This document shows positions 51,614 to 61,415 of a stretch of 64,000 nt of DNA, one piece after another. Source of the DNA: Nanobdellota archaeon (GTDB lineage: Archaea > Nanobdellota > Nanobdellia > Tiddalikarchaeales > Tiddalikarchaeaceae); NCBI GenBank assembly GCA_016931175.1, contig JAFGFH010000011.1, positions 2,854-66,853 on the forward strand, read 5' to 3'. Position 1 is the stretch's first letter. Each line of letters begins with the position of its first letter. The notes beneath the pieces were generated by a model, which was not told the origin of the DNA, did not search any database, and worked only from the letters and a program-made list of their open reading frames with translations. The position numbers and the translations under genes were made by a program.

Positions 51614-52237
51614 ATGAAAGCAGACCTTCACGTTCACACAGAATACTCTCCCTGCTCCAAGACAAAGATTAAGGATGTATTAATCGCAGCAGTTAAAGCA
51701 GGATTGGATACTATTGCAGTAACCGACCATAACACTATCAAAGGTGCATTATTGACTAAGAAGTTGAGCAAAGATGTTAAAGTAATAATAGGCTGCGAGA
51801 AGAAGTGCGAGTACGGGGAATTGTTAATCTATGGTTTGAAGAAGGAGATTAAATCCAAAAAATTCACAGGTATTATTAAAGAAGCGCGAAAACAAGGGGC
51901 TAAAATCTTCATCAGCCACCCAATTGATTACGCGAGATTCCCGAACATGTGGAAGAAATTAAATGATGAAGTGTTTAAGCTAGTTGACGGTGTAGAATTA
52001 TACAACGGCAGGAACCTCTTCAATAAAAGAGTTAAAAGAATAGCAGAAAATAAAAAATTGGCTGGTGTTGCAGGAAGCGACGCTCACTACAGTGAAGAGT
52101 TAGGGAATACTTACGTGATTTACAAAAAAGACTTATGGAAAGAAGTGATAAGCAATAAAGCGAGTTATTACCATAATAACAATGTCTTAAACAAGTTGAA
52201 ATACTTATTGAAGAGCTTCCTGCTTAAATGGTTCTAA
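51614..52237 (+). CDS. PHP-domain metal-dependent phosphoesterase
   Basis: 'ADLHVHTEYS', 'IAVTDHN', 'ISHP' and 'GSDAH' His/Asp motifs. Confidence 0.8.
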   Translation: MKADLHVHTEYSPCSKTKIKDVLIAAVKAGLDTIAVTDHNTIKGALLTKKLSKDVKVIIGCEKKCEYGELLIYGLKKEIKSKKFTGIIKEARKQGAKIFISHPIDYARFPNMWKKLNDEVFKLVDGVELYNGRNLFNKRVKRIAENKKLAGVAGSDAHYSEELGNTYVIYKKDLWKEVISNKASYYHNNNVLNKLKYLLKSFLLKWF

Positions 52238-52638
52238 ACAATCCCGAATGTCAGCTTCTTGTCAAGTACGTAATTAACAGACAAGCCAAGTATTAATACC
52301 AAGACTTTGCTGACAATTGTTGAAAAGTTGAAAAAGTCAACGAATATGAAGAGCATGACCTCAGTCACTATTGTATAAACCATTAAGACTATTAATGAAT
52401 ACGTGTATTGTTTTCTGACCTTGCTGCTCTTGTTTTTGAAAGTGAATCTCTTATTAATCAGGAACTTAACGGTTGATGCGAGCCATACAGAAAAGAGGTG
52501 CGCGATTAAATAAGAGACTCCTAATATTATATTAAGAAGATAGTAAGCTCCGATGTCAACAAAAGCGCATAAACCTCCGACAAAGGCATAAACTATGAAC
52601 TCTCTTTTCATGAAATACTTAACAAGATTCATAATCAT
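52234..52638 (-). CDS. GtrA-family membrane protein
   Basis: 134 aa with 4 TM segments. 'FVGGLCAFVDIGAYYLL' and 'FLINKRFTFKN'. Confidence 0.75.
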   Translation of the reverse strand: MIMNLVKYFMKREFIVYAFVGGLCAFVDIGAYYLLNIILGVSYLIAHLFSVWLASTVKFLINKRFTFKNKSSKVRKQYTYSLIVLMVYTIVTEVMLFIFVDFFNFSTIVSKVLVLILGLSVNYVLDKKLTFGIV

Positions 52639-52714
52639 ATTTGTCGCTCCTTGTTATTTAAAATCTTATTATTTGAAAGGGTTTTTAAAACTTAAACAAT
52701 TTCTTTAAAATCAT

Positions 52715-54166
52715 ATGAAAATAACCAAGAAGAAGAAATATTACGAATTAGACCTGAATCTCAGCAAGGCGCAAATAATCACATTAATACTCGCTGCTAT
52801 GAGTCTTTTAATTAACTTGTTCTACTTCTCTGCGAATACTGGAGTGTGGTGGGATGAGGCCGAGTATTTAAGCTTCGTTAATCACATAGTTAAGGGAAGC
52901 GGTTACTCTATGTGGGAGGGAAGAGCAATACTTTACCCTTTAATATTGTCAGTATTTGGTTTCATAAGCACGAGCGGGTTTTTCCTTAGAATAATACTCG
53001 TATTAATCAGCTGCGCAACAGTAGTATTAACATTTCTGGTAATAAACGCGTTGTTCAAGGAAAAAATAGCAATAATAGCAACACTGTTATTCTTAACAAA
53101 TAATTTGTTCAACTTCTTCTCCATAAGATTCCTGACAGGAATACCTAGTTTGTTATTCATTTTATTGGGTGTTTTCTTCTTTCTGAAAAATAATACTAGA
53201 AACAGGTTATACGCCGGACTATTCATAGGTGTCGCTGTAGCAATGAGATTCACAAGCGTCTTCATAATACCTGCTTTAATACTGCACGACTTATTATCAA
53301 AAAGTGATATTAAAAAATATGTCTGGATTCCTGCGATTCTTTTAGGTTTCGTACCAACAGGAGTATTTGATTTAATAAACGGCAACCTTCCTTGGACAAC
53401 CCTTTACACTTTCTTCACGCAGAGCACTATGCAGAGAGAGTGGGGCATGAATTTAGGAGACTGGACTTATTACTTAACAAGTTCTCCTCACATAATGGGT
53501 GTTTTTACTGTAATATTTTTCATAATAGGAGGGATTGTATTATTGTCAAAATTAAAATCAAACCTTAATAAGAATATTTTATTCATAAGTTGTTTCATAA
53601 TACTTCACTTATTATCTTACAGTTTCCTGACTCCTTTAAAAGAGGAGAGGTATATGATTCCAGCATTGCCTTTCATTTTTTCAATAGCAGCAGCAGGTAT
53701 TGTTTCAATAAGCGCGACCATTTCAAAGTCCTTGAAAAAAACTATTAAAACACCTCATTTGAAGAGTATAATAAACGGAATCTTTATTCTAATAATTGCT
53801 TACGGTTCATTAAGTTCAGGTTATACCATGATTAACCAGTTGGGAAGCAGTTACAGCGCATTAGGTGAAGCAGGTAATTACTTGAAAACAATAACTGCGA
53901 ATGATGAGATAATAATAACTAATGCAGGACCTCACACTGCTTATTATACTGAGAGAAAAGTTGCGGGTTTTCCTGATAATATGAGCGCGCTTTACGAATT
54001 ACTAGACTCTAATCCTAAGATTAATTTCTTATTCTTCAGCTTTTATGAAACACTTCCTAATTACATGCAGGAATTCGTTAACAACACCAGGTTTAATGTT
54101 GTTAGTAGTTACGCTTCTCCTGATAATGCTCCAATAGTTGTTGTTCTTAAATACTTACGTGAATAA
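52715..54166 (+). CDS. GT-C fold glycosyltransferase (GT39/ArnT/PMT_2-like)
   Basis: Polytopic, 483 aa. The first loop contains 'WWDEAEYLSF' (acidic motif), and a soluble C-terminal domain follows. Confidence 0.7.
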   Translation: MKITKKKKYYELDLNLSKAQIITLILAAMSLLINLFYFSANTGVWWDEAEYLSFVNHIVKGSGYSMWEGRAILYPLILSVFGFISTSGFFLRIILVLISCATVVLTFLVINALFKEKIAIIATLLFLTNNLFNFFSIRFLTGIPSLLFILLGVFFFLKNNTRNRLYAGLFIGVAVAMRFTSVFIIPALILHDLLSKSDIKKYVWIPAILLGFVPTGVFDLINGNLPWTTLYTFFTQSTMQREWGMNLGDWTYYLTSSPHIMGVFTVIFFIIGGIVLLSKLKSNLNKNILFISCFIILHLLSYSFLTPLKEERYMIPALPFIFSIAAAGIVSISATISKSLKKTIKTPHLKSIINGIFILIIAYGSLSSGYTMINQLGSSYSALGEAGNYLKTITANDEIIITNAGPHTAYYTERKVAGFPDNMSALYELLDSNPKINFLFFSFYETLPNYMQEFVNNTRFNVVSSYASPDNAPIVVVLKYLRE

Positions 54167-55066
54167 TACTATAAGCAGCCATGTTATGCAGAATAAGAGT
54201 CCTGAGATTGTGAAGTTTTTCTTTTTAGAAAAAACTTCTTCCGGTCTTTTCACAACGCTCTCCTTGTCTTTAAGGAAGCTCTTATACCAGTACATTTCAA
54301 TAAAGAACCAAGGTCCTATAAGGAAGAGGTTCTTGTTGAAAATGTTGGCAAAGAAGTAATAACCTAGTATGCTGAGCGTTAAGTAAACATTAATAGACAC
54401 GTGAAGTGATTTATCATTGTAATACTTGAATACTTTCCTGACCTTTGCTGCTTTCCTGCCTAGAAAATTATACTCTGCTAAACGCTTGCATGACAAAAGG
54501 AATCCTGCTATGAAGAAAGGGAATAATATTACAATCTTATAAACCTGCAAGTCAGTTACAGAGTACCAACCTATTATAACTCTTAATGAAAAGTTTAAAC
54601 CCGCGCTGAAGACGTCAAGCAAAGGCAGGTCTTTTAATCTCAAAGGTTTAAAACTGTATATTAAATTGTTTAAAAGCATTAATAACAAGACAAAAACCAG
54701 CCATGGCTTGATTAAGTATATTATAATTAAAGAGGCTGATAATAAAAGAACTGCAAGAATCAATCCCTGCTTAATGCTTATCTTGCCGCTAGCTATTGGC
54801 CTGTTCTTCTTAATAGGGTGCATCCTGTCTTTTTCAACGTCTGCTATATCATTAAAAATGTAAATAGTTGAAGACAATAATGAAACTGCTAAGAACGCGA
54901 GTATTAAATTAAGTATGGAAATAGTGAATAATCCCTGCTCGTAGATGACAACGCTCGCTCCGAATAATAAGCTGAAGCTCTTAAACCATTGCTGGGGCCG
55001 CATTAGCTTAAACAATTCCTTAAAATTAATCAAGACATTTAATACCTCTCGAATATTTTGCCCCAA
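54155..55066 (-). CDS. UbiA-superfamily prenyl-phosphate transferase (resembles decaprenyl-phosphate phosphoribosyltransferase type)
   Basis: 'FNDIADVEKDRMHPIKKNRPIASG' first Asp-rich motif. Polytopic. Confidence 0.7.
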   Translation of the reverse strand: MGQNIREVLNVLINFKELFKLMRPQQWFKSFSLLFGASVVIYEQGLFTISILNLILAFLAVSLLSSTIYIFNDIADVEKDRMHPIKKNRPIASGKISIKQGLILAVLLLSASLIIIYLIKPWLVFVLLLMLLNNLIYSFKPLRLKDLPLLDVFSAGLNFSLRVIIGWYSVTDLQVYKIVILFPFFIAGFLLSCKRLAEYNFLGRKAAKVRKVFKYYNDKSLHVSINVYLTLSILGYYFFANIFNKNLFLIGPWFFIEMYWYKSFLKDKESVVKRPEEVFSKKKNFTISGLLFCITWLLIVLFT

Positions 55067-56121
55067 TCAGATTTCATGAATTCATTAACTCTCGGTTTTC
55101 CAATTAACGGGTACCAGAAATAGTCGTGGTATAACGCGCTTCCAAGTATTGGAATTTTAAACAAAGGAGTGTGAAATAATAATCCCTCAAATAATGGTAA
55201 TTTCTTCCTAAGCATTTGGTCCCAGAAAACCACTAAACTCTTGCCTGTCTTGAAATTGTAATTAATTTTTTTAATATTAACCCCTTCAATGTCTAAGCTG
55301 TCAACGTCCCCGCAACCCAAACCTTTGTCATGAGCTATTTTAATAAAAGGTATTTTTAACGGGTCAAAACCCATCATTTTAGCACTGACTGCGTCAACCG
55401 CTACCTGGTCAGCGCTCGCGAGTATGTAATTCTTCTCATGCCAAGTCATTGTTCTGGGGCCCGCGCCGTTGCCGCATATTGTACCATCTGTTACTGAAAA
55501 TATTCCAGGATGTATCTCTTTTTGGATAGTAAGCAAGTCTACGAGAACCTCGTGAATAACCTTGTGCGAGTGGTGCCTTCTTTCGGTGATTAACCCTCCG
55601 AAAGCATTCTTCATAGCTCCAGTAATAGTTGTGTGCCCGTGGGTTTTCTGCGTCGGCAAGTGCACAACGTTTTTCCCAATAAACATTTTGGGAATCTTAT
55701 GAGTATGGTTGAATAATTCATTTAATACGAGCATCTCGTGTTTCGGCTCGTACTTAACCCATTCAACCTCTGTTAAAGGCTTGAATTCGAGATTGTATTT
55801 CTTAAGAACTGGCAGCCACTTGTTCTGCAATGCTCCTTTCCAGGGATTGGTTACAACAGTCTTATTCTCAACAGGTATTAGATTAGTGTAACCGTCCTTG
55901 GTTAACTTGTTAATAACAGCGTCTAACTGCCAAGGAGGTGTTGAACAGGCAGGGTAGAACAAACTCCATGACAAGTTAATCTTAATAACAGTTTCATTTT
56001 TTTTCTTCAGGAACTTCTTATAATCTGCTAAGTCCATTAGTTTAGAATAATCTTTCATGTAAGTCTTGGGTGACGTTTTAAGTACTGCAACTTTGCTCTT
56101 GCTCATCTCTGCTTCTCCCAA
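55039..56121 (-). CDS. DUF362-domain protein (likely true start 56106, ATGA-coupled)
   Basis: 'LPTQKTHGHTTITGAMKNAFGG' is a DUF362-like core. ATG 56106 overlaps the upstream stop by 4 nt. Confidence 0.6.
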   Translation of the reverse strand: MGEAEMSKSKVAVLKTSPKTYMKDYSKLMDLADYKKFLKKKNETVIKINLSWSLFYPACSTPPWQLDAVINKLTKDGYTNLIPVENKTVVTNPWKGALQNKWLPVLKKYNLEFKPLTEVEWVKYEPKHEMLVLNELFNHTHKIPKMFIGKNVVHLPTQKTHGHTTITGAMKNAFGGLITERRHHSHKVIHEVLVDLLTIQKEIHPGIFSVTDGTICGNGAGPRTMTWHEKNYILASADQVAVDAVSAKMMGFDPLKIPFIKIAHDKGLGCGDVDSLDIEGVNIKKINYNFKTGKSLVVFWDQMLRKKLPLFEGLLFHTPLFKIPILGSALYHDYFWYPLIGKPRVNEFMKSDWGKIFERY

Positions 56122-57374
56122 TACTTTGATTTCTTAATCACTGGTTCTTGTATCATGTAATCCATGTTATAATATATTTTGCTGTTTATTATGCTGTTGT
56201 TGTCCACGTTCAGGAAAGGCCAAAGTCTAGTATTATAGAGTATTTGAGAATTGGCTCCTATAAGGCAGGAGTAGCCTATCATTGCCTGCTCTTCAACCCT
56301 GTTATTCTCAAGGATTATGCAGTCTCCGTCGATTAAAGCCCTTGTTATCTTAACATTATCCTTGGTCTTAACGTTTTCAAAGATTATTGAACCGCTTATA
56401 TTATTATTCTTGCCTATCTCAGCATCTCTTAATATAGTAGTGTAAGGGTTTATGATGGTTCCCTGGCCTATCATAGTATTCTCTCCTATTATGCAAGGGC
56501 CTATTATTATAACATCATCTCCTAAGACGCAGCCTTTTCGTATGATAACCTTTCCTGAAACCTTGATATTGTTGCCTAACTTAACACTCTTATCCGTGTG
56601 CCTCTCAATCATGTCAAGCGCTTTATGATTAATCTCAACGTAATAGTCTGGTTTCCCAACATCGCCCCAGTAGCCTGAGAACTTGTAACCATATATTCTA
56701 AGCTTGTCCGAGTAGTAAGCCCACAAGTCCCCAATATTGTCAGGTTTCCTGCCCTCCAATCTTTCTTTCTTAACATATTCTGGAAGCTCTTTCTTCAAGA
56801 ACTCCTTGTTAACTATGTAAATAAAGGTTGAGGCCAGCATTGAAAGAGACTCTTCAACCTTTGGCTTCTCCTGGAACTGGATTATCCTGCTGTCCTTGTT
56901 CAAAACTCCTATTCCAAACCTGGAAACCTTTGTAATATCAGTGAGTTCAAAAAGAGCTATTGTAACATCGGCTTTCTTATTCTTATGATGCTCCATTAAT
57001 TTCTTGTAATCCAATCCCTGCGTGTAATTATCAGCCCCAACGATTATGCAGTCGTCAGCGCCTGCCTTCTTAACCACTTCAAGCAATGCACCTATCGCGC
57101 CTAACTTGTCAGAGTCTTCTTTGGACTCTTCAAAATCGTACCTTATCTTAAGCCCTGTGTATTGCGAATCTATAAATTCTTTAACCTTTACCTGGTTCTT
57201 GTTTAGTGAAATTACTGCCTCGTTAACACCTACTCTCTCTAATTGCTTGAGAATACTAATTAGTGCGGTTGTGTCACCTATTGGAAGAACACACTTCGGA
57301 GTTCTTAATGTTAAAGGCTGCAGTCTAGTCCCGTAACCTCCTGCCATTATAATCGCCTTCATATTAAAATTCAA
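56103..57374 (-). CDS. sugar-1-phosphate nucleotidyltransferase with C-terminal left-handed beta-helix (GlmU/ST0452-like)
   Basis: 'AIIMAGGYGTRLQPLT' and C-terminal hexapeptide repeats ('IIGPCIIGENTMIGQGTIIN'). Confidence 0.8.
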   Translation of the reverse strand: MNFNMKAIIMAGGYGTRLQPLTLRTPKCVLPIGDTTALISILKQLERVGVNEAVISLNKNQVKVKEFIDSQYTGLKIRYDFEESKEDSDKLGAIGALLEVVKKAGADDCIIVGADNYTQGLDYKKLMEHHKNKKADVTIALFELTDITKVSRFGIGVLNKDSRIIQFQEKPKVEESLSMLASTFIYIVNKEFLKKELPEYVKKERLEGRKPDNIGDLWAYYSDKLRIYGYKFSGYWGDVGKPDYYVEINHKALDMIERHTDKSVKLGNNIKVSGKVIIRKGCVLGDDVIIIGPCIIGENTMIGQGTIINPYTTILRDAEIGKNNNISGSIIFENVKTKDNVKITRALIDGDCIILENNRVEEQAMIGYSCLIGANSQILYNTRLWPFLNVDNNSIINSKIYYNMDYMIQEPVIKKSKYWEKQR

Positions 57375-57386
57375 CCCGTTTCTATT

Positions 57387-58724
57387 TTATAAAAACTTCC
57401 TTACTAATTTGGAATACTCATCAAAATACTTGTTTAGAGATGTTTTATTGCTGGCTTCAACCGTTAACCTTATAACTGTTTCAGTGTTGCTCGGCCTTAT
57501 AAGAACCCAGTCCGTATCGTTTAAGAAAATCTTTACGCCGTCAACAGTGTTTGCATCATTTTTTTTGCACAATTCTTGTTTAATTTTTTCAAAGGCTTCA
57601 AACTTGTGCTCGTGGTCTTTTGCCTGAAACTTGGCATGCTTTATGGGATAATCAGGCAGTTCCTTAACCATTGCTGAAAAAGGTTTATCACTATCTGATA
57701 AAATCTTTGCAAGCTTCGCGCAAGCAAGTATCCCGTCACTGAACGGGTAAAAGTCGTTAAAATGGAAGTGGCAGCTGACCTCTGCGCCGAACATTCCCTT
57801 ATTATCTATCAAGCCGTGGGACAAACTGGTTAAACCAACAGGGCACCATACAATATTTCCTTGATTCTCTTCAACAACTTTTTTCAAAACACTGCTCATG
57901 TCAACGCTTGCAACTATGTAAGCGTATTTGAATTCTTTCAAAACCTCTCTTGCGAAAAAACAAGCCATCCTGCTGCCGTCAACAAATTTTCCTTTATCAT
58001 CAACGAATACGCACCTGTCTCCGTCTCCGTCGAACGCGCATCCGAAGTCAGCCTTAGCTTCAACAACTCTTTTCTGAAGAAAACCGAGATTCTCTTCTTT
58101 AGGCTCCGGTTTCCTGTTAGGAAAGTGGCCGTCAGGTTCAGCGCTGATGTTAATAACCTCGCAGCCCATTTCTTCAAAGAGTTTAGTTGCAGCAAAACCT
58201 GTTGTTCCGTTGCCGTAGTCGAGGACTATTTTCAAACTTTTGCTTAGTTTAATCTTATCCTTAATATTGTCAACGTATTCTCTTACTGCGTTATCATCGG
58301 TCTCTACTAGTCCAATCTCATCCCACTCAGCGCGGTCGAATTCTTTTTTCAAAAACTTTTCTTCAATCCTTCTAAGCCTGTCATTATAAACAACTCCCCT
58401 CTTGTCATAGAATTTTAAACCGTTAGTATCAGATGAAGTATGGCTGCCGGTAATGGTTACGTTCTCAACCTGGTGTTTTACGCCGTAAAAGTTTGAGACT
58501 GGTGTTGGAACAACTCCTATGTCAACGATGCTGCAGCCTGAAGCTGAGAATCCTGCCAGGAAAGAGTTCTTTAATATTTCAGAACTGGTTCTGACATCTC
58601 TTGCAATGCTAGCCTTTTGTTTTATAAGATTAGCATAGCATGAAGCAATAACGACAACGTCTTCTGGAAGAAGCTCTTTGTTAAAAACTCCCCTTACATC
58701 ATATGATTTGAAAGGGTTCATCAT
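57387..58724 (-). CDS. alpha-D-phosphohexomutase family protein with non-canonical phosphoserine loop
   Basis: 'AFDGDGDR' Mg loop and 'IRPSNTETVIRL' phosphate loop. The active-site loop is 'TITGSHTSSDTNG' instead of TASHNP. Confidence 0.75.
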   Translation of the reverse strand: MMNPFKSYDVRGVFNKELLPEDVVVIASCYANLIKQKASIARDVRTSSEILKNSFLAGFSASGCSIVDIGVVPTPVSNFYGVKHQVENVTITGSHTSSDTNGLKFYDKRGVVYNDRLRRIEEKFLKKEFDRAEWDEIGLVETDDNAVREYVDNIKDKIKLSKSLKIVLDYGNGTTGFAATKLFEEMGCEVINISAEPDGHFPNRKPEPKEENLGFLQKRVVEAKADFGCAFDGDGDRCVFVDDKGKFVDGSRMACFFAREVLKEFKYAYIVASVDMSSVLKKVVEENQGNIVWCPVGLTSLSHGLIDNKGMFGAEVSCHFHFNDFYPFSDGILACAKLAKILSDSDKPFSAMVKELPDYPIKHAKFQAKDHEHKFEAFEKIKQELCKKNDANTVDGVKIFLNDTDWVLIRPSNTETVIRLTVEASNKTSLNKYFDEYSKLVRKFL

Positions 58725-58797
58725 ATCTATTTAACCAATAGTGATTCAGTTTTAAGCTTTATTAAAAGACAAAAACCCAACCATTAAAAAAAGTTTT

Positions 58798-60132
58798 TTA
58801 ATAGATGAGTTTTAGAATCTTTTTTTTCTTCTCTTCCATTAATTCTTTGCTGTCTGCTTCAAGGTTTAACCGTATCAAGGGTTCAGTGTTTGATTTCCTT
58901 AGATTAAACCACCAGTCTTTGAATTCAACGGTTATGCCGTCCAAATGAGTTGTTTTTCCATTCTTGTAAGCGTTCTCAATTCTTGCAATAACAGCGTCTT
59001 TGTCTTTCACTTCCCTGTTAATTTCTCCAGTGTGATAGTATTTCTTGAAGCTCTTGATAAGTTCTGAGAGTTTCTTCTTCTCTGATGATAATAAAGAGAG
59101 TATTATAACCACTGGTATTGCTGCTGAGTCTGTGAAGAAGTTGTCTTTGAAATAGTAGTGCCCGCTCATCTCCCCGGCGAAGAGCACGTCTTCTTTTTTC
59201 ATACGAGTCTTTATGAACGAGTGCCCGACTCTTGAAACTAAGGGTTTGCCTCCAGAGTCTTCAATAACTTTTTTCACTGACTTTGTTGAGCGCAGATCAT
59301 ACATTATCTTTGCACCTTTATTCTTATTTAACATTTTTTTTGCAATGAGCGCAGTTGTTATGTCTCCAGGTATTCTCTCTCCTTTCTCGTCCACCATTAC
59401 TACCCTGTCAACGTCTCCGTCGAATGCGAATCCTATGTCTGCTTTTTCTTTCACTACTCTTTTCTGCAGGTCTTTCATGTTCTCTTCATCGAATGGGTTG
59501 GCGTCATGGTTTGGGAACGTGCCGTCTAATTCCTCATACATTGGGATTAGTTTAATATTGAATGATTCAAGCAAGGGTATTATTGTCTTACCTGCCATGC
59601 CGTTCCCGCAGTCAATAACTACTTTAAGCTCTTTAATATTGTTAGCGAATGATTTAACATAGCTGACGTATTTTTCCAGAACATTTTCAGTTTTTAATGA
59701 GCCTTTTTCTTCAGCATCTTTGAAGTCTCTTGCTTCAACCATCTTCTCTATCTCTTTAATTCCAGTGTCAGCGTTTAAAGGAACTGCTTTCGATTTTACC
59801 ATTTTCAAGCCGTTGTATTTTCCAGGGTTGTGCGATGCTGTTATCATTAGTCCAGCGTCTGCTTCTAATTCGTTCACTGCGTAGTAGAACATTGGCGTGC
59901 TTGACAATCCAATATCTATAATTTCGGCTCCTTGTTCAAGCAAGGCTTCTGTTAATGCGTTGAACAAGCTGGGCGAGCTAATTCTCATATCCCTTGCAAC
60001 AACTACTTTCCTGCATCTTATGAAGTCCATGAAGGCTTTGCCTATTCTGTATATTATTTTCTCGTTAATCTCTGAAGGGTATAATCCTCTTATGTCATAT
60101 GCTTGGAAGATGCTCAATCTACTCCTCTCCAT
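58798..60132 (-). CDS. phosphomannomutase/phosphoglucomutase (or phosphoglucosamine mutase)
   Basis: Canonical 'ITASHNPGKYNG', 'AFDGDVDR', 'GEMSGHYYF' and 'LRKSNTEPLIRL'. Confidence 0.85.
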   Translation of the reverse strand: MERSRLSIFQAYDIRGLYPSEINEKIIYRIGKAFMDFIRCRKVVVARDMRISSPSLFNALTEALLEQGAEIIDIGLSSTPMFYYAVNELEADAGLMITASHNPGKYNGLKMVKSKAVPLNADTGIKEIEKMVEARDFKDAEEKGSLKTENVLEKYVSYVKSFANNIKELKVVIDCGNGMAGKTIIPLLESFNIKLIPMYEELDGTFPNHDANPFDEENMKDLQKRVVKEKADIGFAFDGDVDRVVMVDEKGERIPGDITTALIAKKMLNKNKGAKIMYDLRSTKSVKKVIEDSGGKPLVSRVGHSFIKTRMKKEDVLFAGEMSGHYYFKDNFFTDSAAIPVVIILSLLSSEKKKLSELIKSFKKYYHTGEINREVKDKDAVIARIENAYKNGKTTHLDGITVEFKDWWFNLRKSNTEPLIRLNLEADSKELMEEKKKKILKLIY

Positions 60133-60974
60133 TCCTTAATCGCTGCCTCGTACTCGTCAGGTGTGCCTGCGGGAAGCCACTGGCCTCCCATGACGTAGCC
60201 GTAGAATTGCTTGTCAGCGATTAGTTTCGGAAAGACTTCCGTCTCTATCATGGAAAAGATTTTGTCAGGAACGTAATCAAAGATTTTTGGCGAGAACAAG
60301 TATACTCCCGCGTTTATCAAATTGCTCGGCGCTTGTTCAATCTTCGGCTTCTCTATGAACTCGAGTATCTTGCTGCCTTTCAGTTTTGCAACGCCGTATC
60401 TTGTCGGGTCGCTCACTGATGCTAGTGCAATGGTTGCTATGGCATCGTTCTCGAAGTGGGCTCTTATCATGTCGTACAAGTCAAGGTTGAAGAGATTGTC
60501 GCCGTTTATCATCACGAAGTGGTTGTTTTCAAGCAAGGGTTTTGCCATTAATAACGGGCCTGATGTGCCTCTTGCTTCCTTCTCCTCAACGTATGTTATC
60601 TTCACCCCAAACTTGCTTCCGTTGCCGAAGTGCTCCCTAATCTTGTCTCCCAAGAATCCTATGGATATTATTATGTCACGTATCTCGTACTTCTTTAAAA
60701 CTTCAATAGTATGCTCTAGCAAGGGCCTGCCTTGTATTGGAACCATTGGCTTAGGTATCTCATAAGTGATTGGCCTGAGCCTTGTTCCCTTTCCTCCTGC
60801 GAGAATGAAAGCCTTCTTAACGCGTTTCTCACCTAATGCTTTTGCTAGGAGCAGTTCTACAGCGTGGCTCCTGTTTCGCACCTTGTTGCCGTCTATGGTT
60901 GCGTCAACAGAGTTGATTATGTTCTTATCCAAAGTAAGAGAAACCCGCTCCCTATGTATCATAACGTAATACAA
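60114..60974 (-). CDS. ribbon-helix-helix (CopG/NikR-like) domain fused to sugar-phosphate nucleotidyltransferase
   Basis: N-terminus 'RVSLTLDKNIINSVDATIDGNKVRNRSHAVELLLAKAL', then 'AFILAGGKGTRLRPIT...PKPMVPI'. Confidence 0.75.
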   Translation of the reverse strand: MYYVMIHRERVSLTLDKNIINSVDATIDGNKVRNRSHAVELLLAKALGEKRVKKAFILAGGKGTRLRPITYEIPKPMVPIQGRPLLEHTIEVLKKYEIRDIIISIGFLGDKIREHFGNGSKFGVKITYVEEKEARGTSGPLLMAKPLLENNHFVMINGDNLFNLDLYDMIRAHFENDAIATIALASVSDPTRYGVAKLKGSKILEFIEKPKIEQAPSNLINAGVYLFSPKIFDYVPDKIFSMIETEVFPKLIADKQFYGYVMGGQWLPAGTPDEYEAAIKEWRGVD

Positions 60975-60998
60975 CGTAATACTTATTTATATATTTTA

Positions 60999-61379
60999 CT
61001 AAAATAATCCAAAATACCTTCTGAAGAACTCCTTTATCTTGTCAGTCCATGAGGAAGTAATTATAGTAGTAATATCTTCATCTTCTTCGTCATCGAATAA
61101 GTTATCATCTAAAGAAGGCCTGGTTTTAATGATTGGAAGCTTCTCAGCGCAGCCAGCCTCGTATAATCTCTGAATCTCTTCCCTGCAGTCATTAATCTCA
61201 TTAGTGTAATCATGATTTTCTAAAACACCAACCTTTTCAAGAAGATTAATCTTTTCAATAAACTGGTTAGCGAGTCTAAACCTGTAAACCTCTTTCCTTT
61301 TCTTCAAATACTTCTTATGCGTGTCCAATATATCATCGCTTAACTTGAAAATCTTAAACCAAACAGAGTAAGGCCTCAT
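60999..61379 (-). CDS. hypothetical protein
   Basis: 126-aa ORF with an acidic C-terminal stretch 'DDNLFDDEEDED'. Confidence 0.45.
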   Translation of the reverse strand: MRPYSVWFKIFKLSDDILDTHKKYLKKRKEVYRFRLANQFIEKINLLEKVGVLENHDYTNEINDCREEIQRLYEAGCAEKLPIIKTRPSLDDNLFDDEEDEDITTIITSSWTDKIKEFFRRYFGLF

Positions 61380-61415
61380 AACAAGATATGCAAAAAAAAT
61401 TTCCTGCTTAAAAAA

